Source: Eledone cirrhosa
Lineage: Eukaryota
Direction of reading: 5' to 3'
Assembly (NCBI GenBank): GCA_964016885.1
Contig: OZ024743.1
Span: 53,816,001-53,880,000, forward strand
DNA: 64,000 bases
Under the pieces are notes generated by a model. The model was not told the DNA's origin, did not search any database, and saw nothing but the letters and a program-made list of their open reading frames with translations. Of the stretch, positions 51,388 to 64,000 are shown piece after piece (positions within the stretch are counted from its first letter, which is position 1; every line of letters begins with the position of its first letter). Made by a program: the position numbers and the translations under genes.

Positions 51388-53389
51388 CTGTCAGTTTAGA
51401 TTTGATGGTCGCAGATGAATAATGTTTATAAGTTTCACCCGTGTGTTCACCTGTGTTTAACAGAGCAATGATACACGATCTAAATGCAAGTACACTAACA
51501 CCCCCCCCCCCCCCCCCCCACCCCCCACCCACACACACAATATATATATATATATAAGAAAGGAGTCGATCGTCAGATTGGACCAAGGAAACAATGTTTC
51601 CATTCGAGTCTCTGTTGCGGATAGTATCTACCAGTGGCAACTCCCCGCAGAAGGTACAATGTAAAAGGCAATATTTTAGTCAAGAACATAATGCGACGCC
51701 CGCTCTAGGAATTGAAACTCCGACCTGATGATCGTGATTCCATCACTGTAACCATCAAGCCACTCACCTATGTGTTCTCCGTTCCCACTGCCATTCACTA
51801 AAACGTTATAAATGAATTAAATATGTAATCCCATGTACTCATTGGTTACCTGTCATTGCGTATGTTAGGTTGTATGTATGTGAGTGTGTGTATGTATATA
51901 GTCATTCGAGTATGTGAGTTTATATCGACATGTGAGTGTGTGTGTGTATATATATAGACATGTGAATGTGTGTGAGTGTATGCTAGTATTTTTATGTAAA
52001 TTTTTGTTATTAAAAATAAAAACTAGTACATGCAGACATGTTTACTTTGTTCCTTTGTGAGTCGATATCCGTGTGTGTGAAGTGTGATGACACAAAGGTT
52101 GTTAAAACGACGAACAAGCTAAGAAAAGCAAAAGAGTGTGTTATACAAAGACAAATTGTTGAAGGCAACGAGAAGTATATTTACATGACAGTGTTTAACG
52201 TTGTTTGAAGTTTTACTCAGTTGACAAGCTGTCACTCACTTTAACCAAAGTGTTGGCTTCACAAAGAGCAAACAATAAAACAGAACTTTGACCATATGCT
52301 ACTGAAGCGATCTAACAAGCTATGGTGGTTGTAGTGACTGTAGCTCGCTCACCTGTAAGGTTTACTGCTTTGTTTAAACAGATTGACGACAACAACGTAC
52401 AACAACATTGTGAAGTAGCTTCTGTTTATTACATATTCAATCTATGGATTTGATACCTCCTGTCGCCTTGTCTATATTTTACTGATGTGATGACACACTT
52501 CATATATTAACGCTGAAACCTGTACCGGATTAGTTTAGCCCGAAGCCTGTAGAATAAACTATAAAAGGGGTCCTAAAGTTAAAAAAAAAGCATAAAGGTT
52601 CAAGATAGTATAAAACAAGTAGTCCCAGTTCTCGAATAATCATCCGTCGTCCCGCTTATTAAATCTGCTAATCTATATCCGGCGAAACTTTAAGTCATGT
52701 GATAGCATTCCTGTGACAATTTTCTTTATACATTAAAAAGAACAACATTTATACATGACAAGAAAAATAAAATTACTAGAAATCCTATACGTTATAAAAT
52801 GAATATGATGGATTGGGATCTCAATATTTAAACTAAACAACTAATCCTGGTTTTTAAAAAAATCAACGGAGACAACCTAGAAAAATAACCGATCCCTTCC
52901 CCTCACTTATCCCCTCCCCCCTCGCTTATTCCACCCCTATTATTTTGGACCCGAGAGTAGCTTCTGTTCATTACATATTCCATCTATGGACTTCATTCCT
53001 TCTTTCATCTTGTCTACGATGTTTTACTGATGTGACACGCACCCCGATATACTAACGATGTATCCAGTGTCAGATTAGGTTGGTCCAGGGCCTGTAAAGG
53101 TTAAAGGCAGTATACAGTTATGAAGCATTTATTGCGAGGCCTCAGAAAATGCGGGCCACGTAGCAAATGCTACTCTCGTTTCTAGGTTAAACAGCACTGA
53201 CTGGTATCTTAGATATGACACCTTACAAAACTAAAAGCGACTTAACAAGGAAGCGTAGTCACGTGACATTCTAAAAATAGCAACTAAATCTACCTCATAC
53301 AACATTCTATCGTCTTAAAAGGAAGGATATATTAAATAATTGTTTCTATCTTTTTTTTCTTCTATTTTTCTCTAATGGCAGCAACTCTT

Positions 53390-53700
53390 AGATGTTATCC
53401 AACCATCTTGCCCGGGGTCTACCCATGGAACTCCTGCTGGTCAGTTTTGCTCGTAAAATCTGTCCAGCGATTCTTTCCTGGGGCATTCGAACTACATGCT
53501 CGTCGTATCAGAGTTATGTTTGTAAAAGAAGCAGATCTACCTGGAGTGACTCTCTGATCACCGAGCTATGCATTCTATCAAGTAACGTTGCTCCAAAGAC
53601 CATTCGGGGAGCTTCATTTCGGCCGCTGTATTCGCGATTACATTCTTTCGGTCATTACCCAATATTCATGATCATAGGTAAGAGTTGGCACGAAGAGCTC
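53390..53700 (-). mobile_element. RTE/Expander-like LINE fragment, same family as 28680-29370
   Basis: Reverse complement gives LFVPTLTYDHEYWVMTER and PMGRPRARWLDN. Confidence 0.75.
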
Positions 53701-53899
53701 GACTAATGTCGTTTGGGATCCAGCTGGATTAATTGGTTTTGGTTGCTTCTGACGAAATCCACCAGAAGGAGTGTTTGAGGATTCTGCCACTACCACTTTC
53801 CTCTTAGGAATAAGTGGGCGAATTTTAAATATAGTCGCTTTCGTCTAGACAAATGGAATGAAATAGAGAGAAAGTGAGAAATTGAAATAGAAGAAGAAT

Positions 53900-54200
53900 C
53901 TATCCCAAGTATTCGTACGCTAACCCACATAGGCAACGAAAGCATTCTCACAATAATCAGGCAACATGAAGAACTTATAATCATAAAGAAGAGAAAAAAC
54001 ATGAAATGGTACGGTCAAGATCTGTTGGATTGACAAAGATGACCCTCCAAAGCACAAATCAGAGAAGAGAAGGTGTCAGAAAGAAGGCAAGAGTGGATAA
54101 TATCAGGGGATGAAGAAGTAAACGCTTCGCGACGACCCAAGTCCTGGCTGTCAGTAGAGATTGAGAGAGGGAGTTGGTACACTGCTCCACCCTGCAGTAC
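53900..54200 (+). mobile_element. RTE-clade LINE 3' fragment, degraded
   Basis: ELIIIKKR..MKWYGQ...GLTKMTLQ...RRRCQK...VDNIRG resembles an RTE C-terminus. Confidence 0.55.
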
Positions 54201-55477
54201 CCCGTGACAAGAATGGTTCGTGGGAAAAGTGATGTGATGAAATGAAGTGATCTCAGTTTTCTAGTTTTTGCTGCTGTTGCTTAACTCCAGCTTGGTCCTA
54301 CAATTATAGACCATGCTAGCCATGATCATACCGTCTTTCTCTCTATAGTAGTGTACATTGGGCAATATTTTCCAGTGTAACAGTAGGGTGCAATTGGAGA
54401 TTTGGCTGTTATTTCTAGCAGGTTGAGCAACCAGATGGAGAATCCTTCCTCGGTACGAGTTTTCTAATTTTCACAAATAAGCACAAAAGTCATGTACAAT
54501 AGTATACTAGCTACCTTTGAAGAAATAGGGATTTGGTAAAAGATCTTAGGGGCTTTCAGTAGGTTAAATACTCTAAAATTAGACCATTGCATACTTATAA
54601 CAGATCTTAAAATCACAGTTCCATATACAGAAACAATCATTAATTGATGTAGCTCTGATATAATGTTGAACTTAGATTAACTGCATCAAAAGACTGAGGT
54701 GTTTCTGAATCAACTATCACCAGTTACTCAAAGCTGGTCACACATTCTAAACAGGTCTATAAACACTAACATTTACCTACTGTATCCATAAGACTGGATC
54801 TTTTTTGTTATTAGCCAATATTTGTATCTCCACAAGTCTATCAATACTAAAATACATACTGTACTCACACAAACATTAAAATAGTTACTATCTCAACACC
54901 AGCTTACAAACTGACATTTATATACACAGGAAAGAAAGACATACGTGGCTAAAAGTGACAAGCAGCCATTTTCACGTGTGTAGTAGATTCTATCAATATT
55001 ATTGAAGATGATTCTCGAAATATAAACCCATCTCACAGGTTTTTATTACTAATAATTCTCTCCCTCATAATCTTAATTTAGTAGAACATTTCCACATTGA
55101 TGATTTTTACAGAGAAAACAAATAACAGACTGGTGTTTCCTTTATTACTAATTGGTTGTTTATATTCTTCTGGCATTACTCGATAGAAAACTTCCATTTA
55201 AAGCGCCACGTCAACTGGAAATCCGTCTACCAACAATCAAGATTACGTCAATTTTGCAAAACATTGATACGAATGCATCCTCCATTTCATTCACTCGGCT
55301 CTTTCGGGCTTATCATGACATCACTTCCGCCTGAAATATCCTACCAACTGTCAGAAACGTTAATAAAACAGACGAGCTTTACGAAGCATCGTAAATCAAA
55401 CAGAAACGTATCGTATTTGACAGCAACCAGCCTATGATGCTATGATGTATTTGTAATGGCCGACACATCTTCAAGAA

Positions 55478-55537
<60 letters not shown>

Positions 55538-55936
55538 CTAAACCCCATAGAGTGTGGTCATTCGTGTCGGTGGCACACTGATAAGCCGTCTGTAAATGTC
55601 TCGGACCAGATGACTTCACTAACAGCTTAAATTACCCCTCATCCATCAAAACAACGACCGATCAATGATCTGTAAACGTGGAACGAGAGAATGTTGTTGA
55701 AAATTCAACTAAAATCGCGCTAACGCCGGCATCATAAGAGTAATAATACCACATATAGTAAAGTGAAAGAGTATGTAGGGCGATATACCGAGAGAAAGCC
55801 GTTACTATTCCCGACAGCTTCTCAATTTATTTAGGCGTGTATTTGAAAGATAAAAATGAATAATGGGGACCCTTATACAGAGATAACAGTATATAGCCGA
55901 AATAATACATTCACATGTATTTATACTTAACAATAC

Positions 55937-55983
<47 letters not shown>

Positions 55984-56185
55984 TGTGTGTATAGTAAGGT
56001 TTATTGTAGGGCGTAAGAATTAGGTAGAGAAAGTCAATGTTTAAGCCTGTGTATATTATTGGCTGATAAATTTAAAGGTAACTTTCTGCTATATAATTCC
56101 TCAAACTTTCATGTTGATAACTGGCTTTTGAATATATTTACCATCTCTCTTATATTTCTCTATATATTTCTACGTGTACACACAA

Positions 56186-56216
<31 letters not shown>

Positions 56217-57749
56217 AATACATATATACATGTATATGTATACAAACGCATACGTAGACCAATATCTGTTATATATTTAACAATCTGTTATATTAAATTT
56301 CAAATTCATTTAGAGAGAGAGAGAGAGGGGTGGGGATAAAGTAAGGTTTTTCCGCCATCATTGAATATAGCTATTGATATATAGTTAATAGTCTTATTGG
56401 CCGTATCTGCTTTCCCAATTTAATGTTTATCATATATCAATAGGCAAAACCGTCACCTGGGTTTTAGTACTCTGGCTAGCCCTACCACGTGCACGTCCTT
56501 CTCCCAAATTAAATAATTACAGCTTGGTAGCTCACAAGCCTAAGCTTGACACCGAGAAAATTACGAAGCCTACATTTTCTACGACGCAGTTCAAACTCAC
56601 GCTCGCTAAATCACGTGGCAGGTCATAATACCATACGGCAGTCTCTACGCCTCTATGAAGTAAATATCTCCAGTAATTTTTTTTATTGATCTAAGGAAAT
56701 TATTATATATTTAATTTAATTATGCAAGTTTGTATAAAACTGTGATTAATTAAGGTCCAGTAATACACCTCTCTGAAATCTGCGCTCTAGGCGGTTGTTT
56801 CGTTCGTTAAATGGTAGCGCCGGTGATGTCAATTTGAAATATCTACATACTCCTAGGAGGTCAGTCTCTTTCCACCAGTGATTTATATCTTATTCTTTGT
56901 CCTCATAAAAGACACACAAGACATGGATCTGAAGATTTTGAAGTCTGGTCAACAATGGTCAATGTAAGCGGGGTTCAAATATGAACATTAGCTCATTTTT
57001 ATATTTGGATGCATTATAAAGATTTGGAGCACAACATTGTCGAATGATTAAGAAATTCGCTTAGAATGGTTAAGTAATCCGCGTTTTATCCGACTGTGTG
57101 GCATCTTGGGCAAGCACCATACCCTGTGAATGAAATTGGTTAGACGGAAATCGTTTGACGCCTATCTGATAGACTGTAACTCTAATTCTAAACGCCAGCC
57201 TTATTTCTAATTCCCACCTAATCTCACTGAAAACTACGTTAAAGGTGTATGTGTCTATGGAATGCTTAACCACTGGCACATTAATATCTTGAACAGGCTG
57301 TTCTGCTGTTCGAAAAATTGGAAATCTCGTCATAGAAACCGACGGAAGTCCAACATGTATGTAATGAATGCATATCTTTATGAGTATATATGTGTTTGTA
57401 AGTATAATATGTATGTATATATGTATGTTTGTAAGTACAAAATGTATATATGTATATATGTATGTTTGTAAGTACAATATGTGTGTATGTATGTTTGTAT
57501 GTATGTAGTGAAAGAAGCCTGAAAGAAAAGTTCCGATGTCAATTTTATGGTGATGGAAATATTGCGAAAGTTCCAGTATTATTTGAGTGACAAGCAGAGT
57601 TTGAACATCACGTCGTGAACTAACTAAAAATGCAATATATATATATATATATATATATATAAGCGTTAAACTAATATATTTCTTCAATGTACTGTGTCGT
57701 TTGTTTTGTTATTTCTGTTTACTTTTTACACACACGCACGTACACGCAC

Positions 57750-57885
<136 letters not shown>

Positions 57886-57892
57886 TTTACAG

Positions 57893-58114
57893 GTTTCTTT
57901 CATATGACTGCATTGCAGAAGCACATCTATATGTATAGTACAATTTATATAAAATATACACCACAAGCGAGCAAGCAAGGGAACAAATATACCAAAAAAA
58001 TTGAAGACAACATGAAACGGAATTTTCTTTCTAATGGGGCGAGGATGGAGCGGCTGAGCGCCGGTGGTAGGGTCGGGGCAACAAACATCAAACAAATCTG
58101 CGAAAATACATCAG
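57893..58114 (+). other. Candidate host exon (222 bp, open frame, ATG at 58012)
   Basis: TTTTACAG acceptor and CAG|GTAAGT consensus donor; GC-richer 3' half; no recognisable homology. Confidence 0.3.
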
Positions 58115-58755
58115 GTAAGTGAGACTTTCTCAACTTGTTGAAAGATACGATGCGATGATGTTTTCTTTCTCTTTTTTGGCTCTAATAGAAGAAACACAAC
58201 TACATTAACCAAAGTAGTTTGTTCCACTCAATTTCAACATTACAGAAACTCCATTTGCTACCATTAGAAGAAAAACTGGACTAGCTGTCTGTCAGGTAGG
58301 TTACACAATATTACCGACACCAAACTATGTAAGAGAACTATCTTATGAAAGTGATTCCAAGATAGATGGATGGATTTCTAGTCATGTTTTATGTAATGGA
58401 AGATGAAATACACAATACGGCTCTGGGTTACCATCTATTTTCTTTTTTTTTTTTCATTTAAATATTGTACACATGCACACATCATATACATACATACGAC
58501 ATCTGTGTCACTGGGTGTGTGTGTTTGTGTGTGAGACGTGACATATGGAATAGCCAAATGCATGCATCAGCTGTGAGTGTAAGAATGGAGTTATGCACTA
58601 ACAGCTTGTATTCAATACATCAGCAATCAATATCATACATAATGCTACGCTTCTACTTATTTATATTAATATTATTATTGCAATTACTATTATCTACTCC
58701 ATGCATGTTTGACTAAAATATCGATGACGAGCTTCATCACACACACAGACACAGG

Positions 58756-58835
<80 letters not shown>

Positions 58836-59190
58836 TATATATATATGTCAATATTTGACATATAAACATTGAGGAGCTGTCGAAAATACTGTCTCTCTCT
58901 CTCTCCACAGTATTCTTTGTTCTCTTAGGTGCAGAGTTTGTAGGGTCTAGGCGTTGGCAGCTATCAATATATACATGCAATCGTGTTAAGGGTATCACTA
59001 CAGCTTTTGAAACGGGTGGGGAGTTGGTGAACAAAATGTTAAGGTATGAAAATACAAATCATTGTGAGATGATGGCTTGATCAGATGTATATTGTATACT
59101 ATAAAATAAGGCCGACAGCTAAAGTGACTAACGACAGAAAATGGTGGCGCAGAAGTCACTATTGGAGCACATCATTTTGTTTTACCTATG

Positions 59191-59241
<51 letters not shown>

Positions 59242-59242
59242 G

Positions 59243-59324
<82 letters not shown>

Positions 59325-59613
59325 GAAGGAGAGACATATATTCAAGCATTCTCACACTTATACAGAATATATGTGTATGAATATATGTGGGTTTACAGCC
59401 AAACAAATACACATATACACACATGCATATATATTGAATTTTAAAGATACAGAGTTCGATTCTCTGTAGCGGTTGATGCCCACGTTTTTCCGTCAATAGG
59501 GGTATTCTACTCGAATGTCTATGCTATCATTTATGGCAATATGCAATTATTTTTAGCGTTTGAGATTTACTACATTTACTAAGAATATATAATATATGTG
59601 TGTGTGTGTGTGT

Positions 59614-59645
<32 letters not shown>

Positions 59646-59920
59646 ATACAATGATATTAAAGAAATGGAAACTATATTTATTCTATTATATATATTTCAA
59701 GGGTACCAAAAACTTTGGTACGCTTTCATCAGATAAAATACAAAGTGTGTTTTATAAATTTTGACATAGCCAAGGAACATACCTTATCAGTTGAATTTTC
59801 CTATCATTGAATATTTACTCCAGAAACTGTCGAGTGCTCTGAATCAGTTATAAACATTTATATTTGTTGAATTACCAAACAAATTAAATATCCCTTCTGC
59901 TTATATAGATATATATAAAA

Positions 59921-60168
59921 TTTATTTTGTTAATATTCATAAACGAAACAAAAGCTTTAACCAAGGTTTCACGGCCCAATATTGACCACACCTCCAAAAT
60001 ACAAGAGGCATCAAAATTGTCACCTATTGTCAGGTGCTTATACTCGTATAAGCGCTTGAAGATAGGTCACAATTTTGATCCTTCTTGTATTCTGGAGGTG
60101 TGGTCAATATTGGGCCTTGAAACCTTGGTTAAAGCTTTTGTTCCGTTTATGAATATTAATAAATAATA
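59921..60168. repeat. ~120-bp-arm fold-back with decayed hammerhead-like motif
   Basis: Arms meet at CTTATA-CTCG-TATAAG (~60044); right arm TTGAAGA...long stem...GAAAC-CTTG-GTT. Confidence 0.85.
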
Positions 60169-60268
60169 TAATATTTCTGGTCTCTTCCCGATTGTGCACT
60201 GTTTCTTCCTTTGTCCTTTTAACACATTCCGATATTGCTACATATACACACACACAAACATACACGCA

Positions 60269-60321
<53 letters not shown>

Positions 60322-60350
60322 GACTGCTTCGGAAACGTAATCTTTTACTC

Positions 60351-60435
60351 AATGCTGCTGTCTGATGAGAACACGTGAATGGTTAAATAACCAAGTGACC
60401 AAGATCGTCATTGAAATATGTATCACAGCTGTATT
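60351..60435 (+). ncRNA. Type I hammerhead ribozyme motif with enlarged stem II
   Basis: Stem I AATGCTGCTGT/ACAGCTGTATT; CTGATGA 60362; GAAAT-ATGT-ATC 60413-60424. Confidence 0.68.
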
Positions 60436-60560
60436 AATAACGAACTCTTTAACATCTACAACTTATTATAAGAACAGATTACAGTTTAAGCAAAGAATCG
60501 CTGCTTTCACCCTTAACGGGATCTTCTGAAAGCAGTGATTCTTTAATGTTTAATCTGTTC

Positions 60561-60632
<72 letters not shown>

Positions 60633-61320
60633 GATTGGTGCTCTGAAATAGCGATGTAAACATGAATGTATGTATAGTATATTTGGCAATATACCGTATG
60701 TTTAATTAAAAACATTTTGAAGACCATACGCTATCAGTTTTAAAGTAGTGACTATGTCCCTTACTGCTTTTCGACGAAAGAAGGAAGAGAAGCTAACAGT
60801 CTGTTCACGCTGTTGGCGATCATCAGAGCCACGCACCGAAAATTATAGAAGCTGGATTCTTATAGAATTCCAGTAATAGTCAGGAGCTGATTATACAAAG
60901 CGGTTGCCGGTCCACCAAAAATTAGGTATTAGGATTGGTGCTCTGAAATAACGATGTATGTATAGTATATTTGGCAATATACCGTATGTTTAATTAAAAA
61001 CATATATATAGTATAATTGAATATAAAAGAGAGATAAACACAGATATATACATATACGGCTCGGAAAAATCTCTTTCCTTGAGCTATCTTGAGCTATTTA
61101 ATTGTAAAAGACTATTTTGAGTTTCTGACTCAATATATACCTTTGATATATTCGGCTCCTTCAATTTGTTGAGCTAATTTAAATGTCGACTAAACTTGGC
61201 TGCTATTTTTTAGTAGTATACGTTTATGACACGCTATGTTCTGATGCCATGTGCGTTATTTTATATACGCACACTATTCAGTTTTCTGAGATACTTAGAA
61301 GTGATAAGTTTGCTAATTTT

Positions 61321-61403
61321 ACATCCACTGATGAGCAAAAAGAATTGGTAATTCTCTTCACAATTAAATTGCGAAACAGCATCACCAAACGCTGTCTGGG
61401 TGT
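61321..61403 (+). ncRNA. Canonical type I hammerhead ribozyme motif
   Basis: Stem I ACATCCA/TGGGTGT; CTGATGA 61328; stem II GCAA/TTGC; GAAAC 61373; stem III ACAGC/GCTGT; GTC triplet 61394-61396. Confidence 0.85.
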
Positions 61404-61660
61404 CTGGTAGTTTCCACAATTCCGGTTTGTATTTATTTTCTTGATTTATTCTTAAATTGAGTCTGGCAAACCCTATTGTTCATAGTTAGTATCTTATTCA
61501 CCCTAGCAAACCTGGTCCCTTACGATTTGAACACATATGTCTATATATCTGTGTTTATCTCTCTTTTATATTCAATTATAATGTACGGCTCGGAAAAATC
61601 TCTTTCCTTGAGCTATTTAATTGTAAGAGACTATTTTGAGTTTCTAACTAAATATATACC

Positions 61661-61729
<69 letters not shown>

Positions 61730-62088
61730 ACAGTTCTATTTAAATTGTTGGGATACAACAAGCAAATATTTTTATAACTGATATAAAGCACTCGACAAGT
61801 ATTTGGAGTAGATATACGATATTAACAAATGGAAACTATATTTATAAAACCATATTTATTTCATTATACATATTTCAAGGATACCAAGTTAAATGATGGT
61901 ATACCTTCATCAGACAAAATACAATATATACCAGTTTTATAAATAAACATTGACGTACCCTTTCAAAATGCAACCGTTACTTTTGGAAGACATCAGGATA
62001 TCCTGACGTCTTGTAACTTGGTATCCTTGAAATATGTATAATGAAATAAATATGGTTTTATAAATATAGTTTCCATTTGTTAATATCG

Positions 62089-62183
<95 letters not shown>

Positions 62184-62505
62184 TCATCATCATCATCTTC
62201 GTTTAACGTCCATCTCCCACGCTAGCATGGGTTAGATATATATATATATATATAATGCTTGACACGTCCAACTCTGGAAGAAAGCTGAGATAGAGATACA
62301 TCTTTTGGAATCAAATCACAATCTATTTCGAATAAACTGGCTCTCTGTATGGTAATAAAGAGTATTTCACCACCCCTCTATATAAATTACAACACATGCC
62401 ACACATATACTGATGTTATACATGTAAACATTTTGAAATTTATTTTAACAGTTGACCACTTAACCCATATTGGTCAACCTTTGCGAGAAAATTATATCTG
62501 GATGA

Positions 62506-62550
<45 letters not shown>

Positions 62551-62973
62551 TGTGCGTGCGTGTGTGTGTGTGTGTGTGTATCTATTTATGTGCACGTGTG
62601 CGTGCATGTGTGCGTGATCGTACGTATGTGTGAATGTGTGTGTGAGTGCGTGAGCGTGTATGTGTGTGTGTGCGTGTGTGTGTACAGAAAGAGACCACAG
62701 TTAAATACAGTACTCAATAGATTAAGGGAAACAAAAGTAGGGATAATGATGGCGAGAGGAGTAGGAGGAGACAGGACAATATATTTCATGTATAAATAAC
62801 TTCTACAGGACTAGGACTGTTTCATTCGGTTGAAATCACAAGGAAAGTCCTGATGAGTTGAACTGAATGAAACCATTTCTATAAGAAATAAATTATATGT
62901 AAAAATGAAATGATAGAAGCCAATAATATATATCTGTGTATAATTGCCTCCTGTGTTTTGTTTGTTCATTTTC

Positions 62974-63027
<54 letters not shown>

Positions 63028-63032
<5 letters not shown>

Positions 63033-63535
63033 TGTATATACAGTGTATTTTGCAATACACTGTATGCTTAATTAAAATCATTTCGAAGAACTTACGCTAT
63101 TGTTTTAGAGTAGTGACAGTCTCACTTACTTCAATTTTCAGCAAATAAGGGAGATAAAGCTGACAGAGCTCTGTTTCGCACTTTTTGGTTATCAAAGCTA
63201 GCTAATCAGGAATTGATTATACAATTTCTGCTTGACCGGCAACCGCTCTGTATAATCAGTTCCTGATTTGACAGGAATTCTATAAGAATCAAACATTCAT
63301 AATTTTCAGCAAACAGGCGGAGTAGTTAGCTTTGATAAGCACCAAAAAGTGCGAAACAGAGCTCTGTCAGCTTTATCTCCCCTATTTGCTGAAAATTGAA
63401 GTAAGTGAGACTGTCACTACTCTAAAACAACAGCGTAAGGTCTTCGAAATGCGTTTAATTAAGCATACAGTGTATTGCAAAATACATTATATATACATTC
63501 ATATATATATGGCTATTTCAGAGCTCCAATTCTAA
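63028..63535. mobile_element. Family D fold-back element in (TA)n
   Basis: 63028-63200 is the reverse complement of ~63328-63505. Confidence 0.85.
63303..63395 (+). ncRNA. Hammerhead motif with U3-A8 core variant and long stem I
   Basis: AGCT-TTGATAA(63332)-GCAC-CAAAAA-GTGC-GAAAC-AGAGCTCT-GTC-AGCT; stem I extended by TTTTCAGCAAA.AGG.GGAG/CTCCCCT.TTTGCTGAAAA. Confidence 0.72.
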
Positions 63536-63540
63536 TATAC

Positions 63541-63600
<60 letters not shown>

Positions 63601-63785
63601 ATATTAAATAAATGGAAACTATATTTATAAAACCATATTTATTCTGTTATATATATTTCAAGGGTACCAACAATTTTGGTACGCTATCATCAGATAAAAT
63701 AAACTGTTGAGTGCTCTGAATCAGTTATAAACACTTATATTTGTTGAATTACCAACAAATTGAATATCTCTTCTGCATACACACA

Positions 63786-63834
<49 letters not shown>

Positions 63835-64000
63835 TGACCCCTCGTTATCGAGTATGGCCATTGCACGAGAAAAAAAAGACTTAATAATAACAATAATAAT
63901 AATAATAACAACAATAATAATAACGACAACAACAACAATAATAATATACATATATATATATAGACACACATGCACGCAAATAAACATATCTATACACACA

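Noticed and set aside
62845-62885. CTGATGA-GTT..AAT-GAAAC in a fold-back
   Set aside because: Core is present but stems I and III cannot be formed; left as an unclassified inverted repeat

Overview
Eukaryotic, AT-rich, microsatellite-saturated, essentially gene-free window. The tRNA-derived SINE families and (TA)n/(CA)n density suggest an octopus/coleoid cephalopod genome (inference). Most short ORFs in the track are microsatellite or antisense artefacts. Main contents: (1) a 2.2-kb 17-bp satellite; (2) two head-to-tail ~6.0-kb Tx1/L1-type non-LTR retrotransposons on the minus strand, embedded in (AAT)n, one with intact ORF1/ORF2 and a 42-bp flanking direct repeat, the other disabled; (3) decayed R4/Dong, CRE, RTE, mariner, SINE and MITE fragments; (4) a 5'-truncated Naiad-type Penelope-like element and a second GIY-YIG remnant; (5) most striking, a dense set of short non-coding elements inserted in (TA)n, often as fold-back inverted repeats, that carry type I hammerhead ribozyme motifs of at least 6 distinct sequence families. 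These include stem covariation between copies, a U3-A8 core variant, and one with a SECIS-like hairpin in loop II. Two low-confidence host exon candidates are noted. All alignments, counts and folds were done by eye.
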